Positions 1 to 12,600 of a stretch of DNA of 64,000 nucleotides are shown here, piece after piece. The DNA is from Trueperaceae bacterium. Lineage in GTDB: Bacteria; Deinococcota; Deinococci; Deinococcales; Trueperaceae. Every line of letters begins with the position of its first letter. Position 1 is the first letter of the stretch. Both the position numbers and the translations under genes were made by a program. Location of the stretch: the NCBI GenBank assembly GCA_034521815.1, contig JAXHLW010000013.1, positions 1,728,001 to 1,792,000 on the forward strand, read 5' to 3'. The notes beneath the pieces are model-generated. The model was not told the origin of the DNA. It saw only the letters and a program-made list of their open reading frames with translations, and did not search any database.

Positions 1-3000
1 CAGGGCCGAGCCGGGGGCGACGGCGTAGCTACCGTCGGAGGCGAGGACGAACGAGCCGAGCTCCGAGCCGGTCACGGTGCGGCTTCCGCCGTCCGTGATC
101 GCCAAGCCGGAGACGGCCGAGACGCGCAGGGCGTCGCCGTCGACGTCGCTGGCATGGGCGGCGGTCAGCAGGCCGCCGGCGGCGTCGACGCTCAGAACCG
201 TGTCCTCGTCGGTCGTATCGGACACGGGCGTCGCGGTCGGCGCGGGGTTGCGGATCGTCCAAGCGAACGTCTGCGACGTCGACGCGCGCACGTCGTCGAC
301 GTCCGCGTCGGACGGGTCGCGGTCGTAGGCGGTGATGGTAACGGCGTAGGCACCGTCGCTGTCCGGACCACCTTGGCTGGCGCTGCCGTCCACGGTGCCG
401 GTGACGACGCCCGTAGCTGGGTCGATGGCCAGGCCCGCCGGCGCGTCGGAGAGGGCGAAGGTCAGCACGTCGCGCGCGTCCGGATCGGCGAAGCCGCCGG
501 ACGGGTCGACGGACACGACCTCCGCGTCGTCGGACGTGCGCGGGGCGAGGACGGTGCTGGTGGGCGGGCTGTTGGCGCCCGTCAGCGTCAGGGTCACGTC
601 CACGGTCGCCGTGCCGCTGGCCTCGTCGCTGTGGAGGACGGTGTAGACGACCTCGATCGTCTCGCCCTCGCCCAGCTCGCGCAGGGCGGCGTCGGCGATG
701 GCGAAGGTCCAGCCGGTCGTGCCGGCGTTGGCGCGGCTGTCGACGCCATCGCCGCTCAACCTGAGCGCGGTATTCAGGACGGCGTCGGTCAGGCCGGTCG
801 GAACGATCGCGGCGCCTTGCGGCGTCACAGCGCTCACGGCCACGGTTGCCAGCGAGCCGTCGGTCGCGTCGATGTCGCCGAAGATCACGGCGCCGGTGGC
901 GGTCAGCTCGCCGCCCACGACGTCCACGCCTTCGGTGACCGTGCCGGTCAGGGTCGAACCGAGTCCGTTCACCTCGGGCGCGTCGTTGACGCCGTTCAAA
1001 GTGATCGTGACGGTCTGCGCCGTGGCGCTCGCACCGTCGTCGACCTCGATCTCGTAGGCGACCTCGACGGCATCGCCGGCAGCGAGGAACTGCAGCAGCT
1101 CGTTCGCCAGCGTGAAGGTCCAGTCGATCGTGCCGGCGTTCACGGCATCGGAGTCGGCGCCAGGGCCGGACAGCGTGAGCGGTCCTGCCGCGATCGCCAG
1201 GGCGTCCGCCAGCTCGGTCGGCAGGCTCACGCCGGCGCTCGGGGTGATGGAGAGCAGGTTCGTGACCGACGCGGTCGGCGCGTCGGCCGCATCGGGATCG
1301 GCGAAGGAGAGGTCTCCGGAGGCGGACACGACCGTGGCGTCCGCCGGATCGGTCACGTCCTCCGTGACAGAGCCGGTGACGACGCCCGGCGTGACGATCG
1401 GGGCCACGTTGCCGCCTTGGAGGGTAACCGTGACGGTCTGGTCGGCCGTGGCCGTACCGTCGTCGAGTCGGACGACGTACGTGAGGACGAGGCTCTCGCC
1501 CGCGTCGAGGTACGCGAAGGCGTCGGCGGAGGCCGTGAACGTCCAGGTGACCGTGCCGGTCGTCGCACCGTCGGCCACGCCTCCGGTCGCCACCATGAGG
1601 GCTCGCAGCTCCTCGGTGTCCAAGGTCGAGCCATCGGTCACCGATCCGGCTTCGACCGTGACTGCCGCGATGGACGCGCTCACGACGTCGCTGCGGTCGA
1701 GGTCGGCGGCGGCCAGCGTGCCGGTATCGGACAGGACCTCACCGCTCTCGCTCAACGTCGTCGAGGTGGGCCCCTCGCTCCAGGTCGGCGCGTCGTTCGC
1801 GCCGGTCACGGTGATGGTGACGTCCTGCGTCACGGTCACGCCCTGCGTGTCGCGCGCGCCGAGGCGGTAGAGGAGGTCGATCGCTTCGCCCGACGCCAGG
1901 CGGCGGAAGGTCTCCGCGCCCGGATCGAACGTCCAGGTCGCCGTACCGGTCGTGGCGCCGGCCGTGACGACGGTCGCGTCGGTCGGACCGGAGGCGGTGA
2001 ACATCGACGCCAGGTCGACGTCGCTCCAGCCGACGGATGCGCCGCTGCCGGTCACGCTGACCAGCGTGGCGGTCGCGTCGACCACGACGGTGTCGCCCAG
2101 GTCGACGTCGGTGAGAGTCAGGGTGCCCTGCTGGGTCGCAGGGACCGTTCCCTGCGACAGCGTCGCGGTCGCCGAGTCGGTTCCGACGACGCTGAACGTC
2201 GGGGCGTCGTTGGCGCCGGTGATCGTGACGGTCACGATCTGCGCGGCGCTCGTGGCTCCGTCGCCGATCGTGACGCGGTAGCGCTCGACGATGGTCTGGT
2301 TGGCGGTCAGGTCCTGCACGTCCGCGTTGGCGACGGCGTAGCTCCAGTCGGCTTCGCCGGTGGCACCATCGGCCGCGGCCACGCGCGGCGTGGCGTCGGC
2401 GGCGAACGTTCCAAGCTGGGTTCCGCTAGCCGCCGTGCTGTCGATGAACTCGGTCGCGACGGTATGCGCATCGCTCCCGTCGGCATCGCCGAAGGTCAAC
2501 GTGCCGGCGTCGGTCAGGTCGCCGCTGCCGTCGACGGCGACGTCCTCGGTCAGTGCGGAGGTCACGTCGCCGCCGGTGATGACGGGCGCGACGTTGCTGC
2601 CGGTGATCACGATCGTGACGGGCACCGTGGCCGAGGTCGCCGGGGTCGGCGTCGCGTCGTCGCTCACCAGCACGTCGTAGACCACGGTCAGCGTCTCGCC
2701 TGCAGCGAGGTACCCGAGTTCAGCGGTGCCGGCGCTCCAGGTCCAGGAGACAGTGCCGGTCGTCGCGCCCGCGGGCACGACGGGCTCGAAGGCGACGTCG
2801 AGCATCGCTGCGAGCGCCTCGTCGGACGGCTGCGCGCCCGCGGAGGCCACGTCGCTCGTTCCGTCGTTCTGCACGGCGCTGGCGAGCGTGGCGGACACCG
2901 TGACGACGTCCGCGACGTCGACGTCCGCAGCGCTCAGGCTGCCGCTCGCATCGAGGGCGTCCACGCCCTCCTGCAGGGTCGCGCCGTCGCTGTCCCCGGT

Positions 3001-6000
3001 GCCGACGCTCAGCGTCGGGGCGTCGTTGGAGCCCGTCAGCGTGATGGTCACGCGCACGACGGCGCCGCCGCCCTCGCCGTCGTCGACGAGAACGTCGTAG
3101 CGCTCGACGATCTGCTGACCGCCACGCAGGAACTGGAGGTCAGCGTTCGCCACGTCGTACGTCCAGGTGGCGACGCCAATCGCGCCGCCGGTCGCGGCCG
3201 TCGGTGACGGTCGCGTCCAACGTTCCGAAGGCGGCCCCGCCAGCCGCGCTGGTGTCGACGAAGCTCGCCGCCGCCGTGTGCGCGTCCGTGAGATCCAGGT
3301 CGGTCAGGTCGATCGTGCCGGTCGCGGACAGGCCGCCGTCGATCACTGCGCCGTCCTCGCTGACGGCTCCGGTCGGGTCGGCCGAGGCGGCGTCAGGCGC
3401 GTCGTTGGCGCCGCGCACCACGAAGATCAGCGTCGCCGTCGCGTCGTCGGCACTCGTTCCGTCGCTGACGGCGGCCGGGATGGAGATCGTCAGGGTTTCG
3501 CCGGCGGCCAGGAAGTCGAGATCGACGGCGCTCGGCGCGTAGCTCGCCGCGAAGGCGAAGTCGCCCCCGGTGGTGGTCGCCTCGGTCGGATCGAAGGTGA
3601 CGACGCCGTCCGCCGCGAGCGGCGCGAGGGCCGTCTCGGCGTCCGCGTCCAGGGCGCCACCGGACCAGGTGATCGTGGCGCTGGCGAGATCGACGCTCGG
3701 TGTCGCCGTGTCGCCGACGTCCGCGTCCGTCACGGCGAAGGGAACGGTGTCGGACAGCGCTTGCGCGCTGGCGTCGGCCGCCTCGTCGATGACGGTGGGC
3801 TGGATCGCGAGGGTCGGGGCGTCGTTGGTGCCGGTGACGGTGATCGTCAGCGACGCTGCGTCGGCCCCGCCCTCGTCGTCGGTGAGGGTGAACGGGAGGC
3901 TGGTCGGCGCTTGCTCGTTCGTACGCAGCGCATCGAAGTCCGTACCAGGGTCGAAGGCGTACGTGCCGTCCGACCGCACGGTGAAGGTGCCGCCGTCGCT
4001 GCCGGCGACGATGACGTCGGACCCGTCGGCGATCGTGGCGCCCGCCGCGATCGAAACGCGCAGCGCGTCGCCGTCGGCGTCGGTCGCGCCGCTCAGCAGC
4101 GCTCCGGCAGTCTCCGCCGCCAGGATGGCGGCGTTCTCGGCCGTGGCGCCGGCCACATCGCTCGCGACCGGCACGGTGTTCACGAACACCAGCGTGAAGG
4201 CGTCGCTGACGGCGTCACCATCGGCATCGGTCGCCGTAACGGTCACCGTGAAGACACCGCGGGTCGTGTTCACGCCGTCGATCGTCTGTTGGCTGGCGTC
4301 GGCGGGAACGGTGGCCACGCCGTCGAGCTCGAGCGTGCCGGCCGTCGTCATGGTCAGCCACGCCGGCAGCCCTTCGGCGGTGAAGCTCAAGGCGTCGCCG
4401 TCGGCTGCCGTGAAGCTCCCGCTCACGGCCAGCGAGAAGCCGGCGGTTCCGTCCTCGACCGACCGATCGGCGATCGGCGTGACGACGGTCGGTCCGACGT
4501 TCGTGACGGTCCACTGGAAGCTGGTCGTCACGGTCAGGCCGCCGGCGTCCGTCGCCGTGACGTCGATGCTGTACGGGCTGCCCGCCGACGCGCCGGACGC
4601 GATCGTGCCATCGATCAGGCCGGTGTCGGACAGCGTGAGCCCGTTGGGGAGCGTGCCCGCCGTGACGGCGTAGCTGTGGGTGTCCCCCATGTCGACGTCG
4701 CCGAAGAACGGCGCGACGTCAAGGTTGGCGGCGGCGCCGTCGACGCTCGCCTGGTCGGCGATCGTGCCTGCGGTCGGGGCGTCGTTCGCGCCCGTGATGG
4801 TGACCGCGACGGTCGCCTCGGTGCCGTCCTCGGACCGGACGACGAAACTGTCGGTGAGGGTGTCGCCTGCCGCCAGCGCGTCGACCGTTCGGTTCGCGTC
4901 GTCCAGCGTGTAGGTCCAGGCGCCGGCCGCGTCGACCGTGTAGCCGCCGTAGCCGTTGGCGCTGGCCGCGTCGGTCGTGACGGCCTGGAAGGCGTCGTCC
5001 GTCCCGTCGGCGTCGCTGGACGTGAAGGCGCCGCTGGCCGTCACGTCTCCGGGCGTGCCGTTGGCGGTGCCGCCGGCCTCGGTGACGCTGGTGTCGGGCG
5101 TGCCTTGCGGCGTGATGACCGCCGCGTCGTTCGTACCTGCGATCCAGATCGTGACGGGGAACGACGCGAAGGAGCCCGCCCCGTCCGTCGCGCGCAGGCC
5201 GTAGGTGAGGGAGATCCGCTGGCCCTCGGCGAGGCCGTCGAAGGCTTCGGCTTCGCTGTCGAACGTCCATGTCAGCGTGCCGGTCGTCGTACCCGCACCG
5301 AGGTCGGAGGCGGCGCCCATCATCGCGAGCAGCGCCGTATCGTCCAATGCGCCGGGCAGCGTGCCGGTCGTCGCGACCGACGCGACGCTCGCATCGACCA
5401 CGTCGGCCAGGTCCAGATCGCCGACGGTCAGGCTTCCCGTCGCGGTCAGCTCGGCGTCGGTATCGGTCAGGTCGGCCGTGCTGTCGTCCCCGCTCTCGCG
5501 GGTGAGGGTCGGAGCGTCGTTGCTACCGGCGATCGTGATCGTCGCGGTCGGCGCGTTCGACGCGGCGTTCGCGGCGCCCGAATCGTCGGTCGCGACGAGG
5601 TCGAAGGACAGGGTGATCGACTCGGACGCGGCGAGGAAGTCGAGGTCCTCGGTCGTCTCGAACGTCCAGCCGGCCAGGTCGCCGTCGATCGTCAGATCGG
5701 CCTCCAGGGCCGCCGTCAGCGCGGGCGGGAGCGTTCCGCCGCTCCAGGTCGCGTCGCCGTTGCTGCTCGCGGTGACCGAGGCCACGCCGTCGCCCGCATC
5801 GACGTCCGCGACCGACAACGTGCCGGTCGTGCGCAACGTCGCGCCGGCGTCCGCCTCCGCGATCGTGCCGCTGGCGTCGTCCAGCGTCAGGATCGGCGCG
5901 TCGTTGCTGCCGGTCAGGGTGATCGTGACCGTCTGCGTCGCGATCGGGTCCGCGGTGGCACCGTCGTCGATCGTGACCGTGTAGACCTGCGTGCGGACCT

Positions 6001-9000
6001 CGCTCTCCTGGAGCGTGTCCAGATCGGCCGCGTCGACGGTGAAGGTCCAGGCGACCGTGTCGGCGCCTTGCTCGATCGCGTCGAGCGTCAGGGCGCCCAG
6101 CGGGCTCGCGACCGTGCCACCGGATCCGTTCCCGACGGTCGCCGTGACGGTCGCCACGTGCGTATCGGTCGTGTCGACGTCCGCATAGCCGATCGTGCCG
6201 GCGTCGATCAGGGTGCCGTCGTTCTCGTCCGCCGCGCCGTCGGGCCGCTCCGTGGCGGCGCCAGTGGCGGTCGTGGTGCCGACGTCGATCGTCGGTGCGT
6301 CGTTGCTGCCCGTGATCGTGATCGTGACGGTCTGGTCCACGCTGCCGCTGGATCCGTCGGTGATCGTGACGGTGTAGACCTGCGTGCGGGTCTCGCCCTC
6401 GGCCAGATCGTCGATCGCGCCGTCGGAGACGGCGAAGGTCCAGCCCACGGTGTTGGCGGCCTGATCGACCGCCCCGAGCGTCAGAGCGCCAAAGGGGCTG
6501 GCCACCGTCTCGCCGGCGCCGTCCACGACCGATACGCCGACCTGCGCCGTGTGTGCGCCGTCGTCGTCGATGTCCGCGAAGGTGATCGTCCCGGTCGCGG
6601 CGAGTTCGGCGGTCGACTCGCCGCTGGCGCCGTCGGCCAGTTCGGTGACGCTGCCGGTCGCTTCGGTGGAACCGACGACGATCGTGGGCGGGTCGTTCTG
6701 GGACGTGACGGTGATGCCGACGGTGTCGCTGGAGGTCAGCGAGGTGACGCCGCCCTCCATCGCGCCGGTCGCGCCGCCGTCGTCGATGGTGACGGTGAGG
6801 GTCGTGTCGGTCGGCGTATCGCTGTCCGCCGTGTACGTCAGGGTCGCACCGCCGCTGCCGGCCAGGACCGCGTTCACGGAGCTCAGGGTGCCCTGCAGGG
6901 TCAGCGTGTCGCTGCCCGACCCCGTGATCAGGACGACGGTGCCGCCCGCGCCGGCGCTCAGCGTGCCGGTGTCGGCGCCCGTCGGGACCGAAAGGCTGAC
7001 GGTCAGGTCGGAGGATCCCGCATCCACGTCGCCGACGACGATGGTGCCGGTCAGGTCCAGAGGCGTCTGCTCGCTGGCCTCGTACGCGACGCTCGGGACG
7101 GTGACGGTCGGGGCGTCGTTGACGGCCGTGACCGTCATGAGCACGGTCGCGACGTCCGTCAGGGCGCCTCCGGCGCCGGTGTTACCGAGGTCGTCGGTCG
7201 TGACGGTGAGCGTGAACGTTCCGTTCGCGTCCTGCGCGGGCGTGTAGACGACGGTGCTCAGAGCGGCGTTCACCTCGGCGGCGGTGCCGGTGAGGGTCAC
7301 GCTGCCGGTGCCGTCGTCATCGACGGTGGCGTCGCTGCTGGTGTCGACGCTCAGCGTGCCACCGTCGACGGCGAGGACGACCTGGACCCGGTCGGTCGCA
7401 CCGGGAACGTCGGTGTCGGCGACGTCGCCGACGGTGATGGCCGTACCGTTCGCCGGAGACAGGACGAGGGTCTCGTCCTCGACCAGGCTCTGGCCAGCGG
7501 GAACGCTGGTGGTGGGCTCGTCGTTGACGGCGGCGATCGTGAGCGGGATCTGCTGGGTCGCCACGTTGCCGGCATCGTCGGTGACGGTGACGGTGAAGGC
7601 ATCGACGCCGTTGACGTCGGCGTTCGGCGTGTAGCTCCACACGCCGCTGAGGGTGTTGATCGTGGCGGCTCCGAGCGTCGGCTCGTCGCCTTCCTCGATG
7701 CGGAAGCCGGGCGTCTCGATGCCGTCGCCGGCGTCCGCGACGGTCAGGGTTCCGGTCGCGGTGGCGTCCTCGTTCAGCGTCGCGCTCGTGTCGCCGCCGA
7801 AGACGGTGGGATCGTCGACGGCCGTGATGGTCACGGTCACCGTCGCGGTCTCGGTCACGCTTCCGCTGGTCACGGTGTAGGTGTAGGCGTCGCTTCCGTT
7901 CGCATTCGGGTTCGGCTCGTAGCGGACGGTTCCCGCGCTAGCGTCGACGATCATTGTGGTGCCCAGCGTGCCTTGGGTGACGGACGTTAGCGTCGGGGTG
8001 CCTTCGAAGGTGTCGTTGCTCAGAAGGTTGGTGGTGACGGATCCGTCCTCGTCGACCGTCTGCGCGTCGTCCGCGATGTCGACACCGGGGGTGACGGTCA
8101 CCTGGACGACGTGGGTCTCGCTGGTGCCGTCGCCGTCGGTGACGCTCACCGTGAACGCGTCGGCGCCGTTGAAGTCGGCGTCGGGCTGGTAGCTCCAGGC
8201 GCCGGTCGTCGCGTCGATCGAGGCGCTTCCGTGGATCGCCTGCACGGCGACGGCGAAGTCCAGCGGGTCGGCCAGGCCGTCCGCGTCGTCGGCGACGGTG
8301 AGCGTGCCGGCGACCTCCGTGTCCTCTGCGCCGCTGGCGCTGGTGTCGCCGCCGAACGTGGCGGGGTCGTCCACCGCGGTGATCGTGACGGTGACCGTGG
8401 CGGTCTCGATGACGTCCCCGCTGGTGACGGTGTAGGAGAAGGCGTCGGTGCCGTTGGCGTCGGGATCCGGCGTGTAGCGGATCGTGCCCGCGTCGGCATC
8501 CAGGATCGCGACGGTGCCGCTCGTTCCTTGCGTCACGGTGGTGATCCGCGGCGTCGCGTCGAAGGTATCGGCGGTGGCCCCGTTGGTGCCCGTGAGGAGG
8601 TTCGCGTCGATCGCGACGTCCTCGTCGCTGGTCAGGGCGTCCGCCGTGATGTCGGCGACGGCGGCGACCGTGAGCGTCGCCGCGTCGGTCGCGCTGGAGA
8701 AGGCGCTGGTCCCGCCGCGCACGCTCAGGTCGGCGTAGTCGCCGGCGGTGCCGCTGGTGGCGTCCCAACCGCCGAAGGTCAGCGCGGTCGTTCCGTTCCA
8801 ATCGGCGTCGGGGAGAAAGCGGAGGGCGTCGGCACCGTGGAGCAGCAGGCCGCCGCCGGCGTTCGCGCCGCTGAAGTCGAACGCGGTCCAGGTCGTGCCG
8901 TCGGTCGTGTACTGCCACGTCCCGTGGGCGTCGTCGACGGCCGTGACGTAGATGCCGCCATCGACATCGCCGTCGAAATCGGCATCGAGATCGGTGACGC

Positions 9001-9640
9001 TGGTGGCGACCAGGCTCGCGACGGGGGTTCCACCGTTGGCGGCTTCGGCCACGTCCTCTAGGGCGCCGGTCAGCGTCGGTGTCGCGGAGACGTCGAGGGT
9101 CGGCGCGTCGTTGGTGCCGGTGATGGTGATGGTGACCGGCTGCGGGGTGGCGTCCGTCGCGGTGTAGGTGATCGTGTCCGTGACCACGTCGCCCGCGTCC
9201 AGCGCCTGGACGGCACCCTGATCGAGCGTGTAGGTCCAGGTCCCCGCGGAGAGGACGAACGCGCCGTAGCCGGCGTCGCCCGGCGTGGCGGCGACGTCCT
9301 CGAAGGAGGGAGCGTCATCCTCGTCGACGTCGGCGATGGCGACCGTTCCGGTCGAGGTGACCGGCGCGTCGCCGACGTCGCCTTCGGTCACCGCGCCGGT
9401 GAAGGTGCCGCTCACGAAGGGCACGTCGTCGCTGCCGCTGATGGCGAAGGTCGCCGTCACGGTCGCGGTGGCGCCGAGGTCATCGCGGACGCGCACGGAG
9501 AACGCGTCGTTGACGTCGTCGCCGGCGTCCAGCGCCTGCGTCGCCGCCGCATCGTCGTCCAGCGCGTAGCTCAGTTCACCGGTCGCGACCGTCAGCGTGG
9601 CGCTGCCGTAGTCGGTTCCCTTCCGGAAGGTCGTTCCGGA
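1..9640 (-). other. VCBS-repeat / Ig-like repeat region of the adhesin (nearly intact; one frameshift at ~3200)
   Basis: Repeated units such as GTWTYTLDQGAVQALDAGDVVTDTITYT...TITITGTNDAPT and GAWTYTLDDANRTVDALAAGDTLTDSF; He_PIG-like SYAVTAGTLPNGLTLSDTGLIDGT; ORF 3140-9496 is 2118 aa. Confidence 0.8.
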
Positions 9641-12600
9641 GTTCTCTGGGGATCCAGTCCTCGCCCACGAGCCAGACCACGTCGTACTGCATGCTGCCGT
9701 CGACGTCGCCTGCGGTCAGTGCGATCGTCGCCGCGTCGGTGCCGGGGTCGCCGTTGGCGACGCCGCCGGCCTCGACCAGGCCGGCGCTCGGCAGGCCGGC
9801 TTCGATCGTCGGCCCGTCGTTCGTGCCCGTGATGGTGATCGTGACCGTCTCGGTCGCCGACGTGGCGGTCCCGTCGTCGGCCGGTGAGGTCGTAGACGAG
9901 GGTGAGGGTCTCGCCGGCGGCGAGCAGGTCGAGGTCCGCGGCGATCTCGTAGGTCCAGGCGCTGGTGGTGGCGGAGAAGCCGGCCTCCAGAGCGGCGTCG
10001 AGGCCCGCGTCCAGCGTGCCGCCGGTGCGGCTCCACACGACGCCGCCGCTCAGGCTCGCGTCGATCGTGAGCGCGGCGTCGTCGACGTCGGCGACGCTCA
10101 ACGTGCCGCTGGTGCTCAGCGTCGCGGTCCCGTCGCCTTCCACGAGCGCGCCGCTCGCATCGACGACGGTCAGGACGGGCGGATCGTTCGACGGTGATCA
10201 CGGTCGCGCCGAGCGTGACCGTGTCGCTCGCGTAGACGGTACGTGCCTCCGTAGCTCGCGACGTTCACGCCTGTGGCGCCGTCGTACACGACGCCGCCGC
10301 TCTCGATCAGGCGAACCGTGAGGTCGGTCGTGGCCCCTTCGTAGTCGGCCGCGGGCAGGAAGCGCAGCTGCGCCGTCGCCGTCAGGGTGAGCGCCGAGGC
10401 GTCGGACAGGCCGGCCGGCACCGAGGTCCAGCTCGCGCCGGCGTCCAGGCTGTGCTGCCAGCGGCCCACGCCCACGTCGACCGGGTTGGCGGTGATCGCC
10501 ACGCCCGCGAGCGTATCGGCGGTGCTGCCGCCCGCGTCGTCCGCGGCGTCGGAGAAGACGCCGGCACCGAACAGGTCGGCGAGCGTCTGGCCCGCCGGGT
10601 CGGCGGCGTCCTCGGTCACGTCGGCGGCGTCCACGCGGGACACCAGCGCGGTGGGCGCATCGTTGACGGACGTGACGTCGAAGGTGAGGGTGGACGGCGC
10701 GGCGTCGATAACCTGACCGCCGCTCGCGGTCGAGCCGTCGTCCTCGACCTGCACGGTGAAACTGGCGTAGCCGTCGCCGTTGGCGTCGGGCACCGGCGTG
10801 AAGACGAGCGTCACGAGGTCGGCGACCGCCACGCGGTCGTTCGCCTGGGCGGCGACGCCGTTCAGCGTCAGGCTTCCCGAGGCGGGCAGGCTGGCGATCG
10901 TCACGAACGCGAAGGCGTCGGCCGGATCGTCGTCGGGATCGGCGAAGCCGAAGTCGCTCGCGACGAACGTGTGGGCCTGATCCTCGAACACGTCGATCGT
11001 GGCGTCGGCGCCGCTCGGCGCGTCGCTGACCTGAGTCACGTCGATCGTCAGGGCGGAGGCCGCCGCGCTCCAATCCGTACCGTCGGACACGCGGAAGGTG
11101 AGCGTGGCGTATTCGGCGCCGTTCTCGTTCGTAGCGGCGGTGAAGCGCAGCCGACCGTTCGCGAGCTCGGTCGCGTCGATCTCTTCGGCCGCGGCGACCG
11201 TGATCCAGGTCGTCCCGTCGTCGCTGCGCTCCAGCGTTCCTGCCGTCGGAAGCGTGACGATGCGGATGGCCGCGAGGGGGCTGCCTTCGACGTCGGCGTA
11301 GCTGCCGAAGTCGTCGCTGGCGAGGGCGGTGGCCGTGTCTTCGAGGACGGTGACGGCGGCGTCGCTGGTCGTGGGCGCATCGTTCACCGGGGTGACGTCG
11401 GCCCCGACCGTGACGGCGTCCAGCGACCAGGCGCCGGTCGCGAGGTCGGCGTCGCCGTTCGCGGCGGCGGTCAGGTCGACCGTGATGGTCGGGTCGGCGG
11501 TCAGGGCCGCGCTGCCGTCGGCCAGGCGGATCGACAGGGCGCCCATCGCGCCGTTGGCGTCGGCGGCCGGCACGAAGCGCAGCTGCGTGGTCGCCGAGAG
11601 GATCAGCGCCGCGCCCTCCCCCAGTCCGGCGGTAGGAACGTCGGTCCAGCTCGCGCCGGCTCCGACCTGCCAGGTGCCTTCTACCGCCGTGGCGGCGTTG
11701 CCGACCAGGGCGACGTAGCTGAAGGGGGTGGCGGTCGAGTCGCCGCCGCTGGCGGTCTGATCGTCGGCGGCGTCGTCGTAGCGAGCACCGAGCAGGTCGA
11801 GGAAGGAGACCGGGCTGGTCGTGACGTCCTCGTCGGTCGTGAGCGTGACGGCGATCGCCGCGTCGACGTTCGGCCGGTCGTTGACCGGCGTGACGGTCAG
11901 GGCGACGTCGAGGGTCGCGACGTTGGCCGTGTCGCCGACGTTGTCGTCGGTGGCGCCGTCCTGGTCGGCGTTCTCGCCGGCGTCACCCAGGTCGGAGACG
12001 CTGAGCGTCAGCGTGTCGTTACCGTGGTAGTCGGCGGTCGGCTGGTAGCGCAGGGTATCGAGCGCGGCGTCGATCGTGGCGCGCGTGCCCGTGACGGTCA
12101 TGCCGGCGGTCGCCGTTCGCGCCGGCGGCGAAGGTCAGGCCGGTCGCGTCTCCGAAGCTCAGCGTGCCGTGCGATACGCCGCACCGTCGCTTCGAGGTCG
12201 TAACCCACGATGTCGGGGTCGCTGACCGTGAAGGCTCCGACGCACGGTCGCCTGCGGCGTCCTCGGCGAGGGTGGCCGATGCCGGTCCGGTCAGGACCGG
12301 CGGATGGTTGACGCCGTCGACGGAGAAGGTCGCTTGCGCCGCGTCACTCAGGGCGCCGCCTCCGACGTCGCCCCCATCGTCGATGGTCGCCGCGAGGGTC
12401 TCGACACCGGAGAAGTCGACGTCGTTGTCGTAGATGAGGTTGTTCGGTTCGGTCAGAACGGCCTGCAGGTCGGCGACCGTGCCGGTCAGCGTCACGCTGC
12501 CCGTGATGTCTGCCGGCGACGTCGACGCCGGTCGTGTCGAAGAACCGCAGGCGCCCGTGCTGAACCGACAGCGTGAGCGTGGTGGCGCCGGTCTCGGCCG

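Noticed and set aside
154-7990. Very long plus-strand ORFs (154-3207, 3167-7990) and many other antisense ORFs
   Set aside because: Arg/Gly-rich shadow frames of the minus-strand adhesin caused by GC-biased codon usage; no motifs, and they break at the same indel (~3200) as the real gene.
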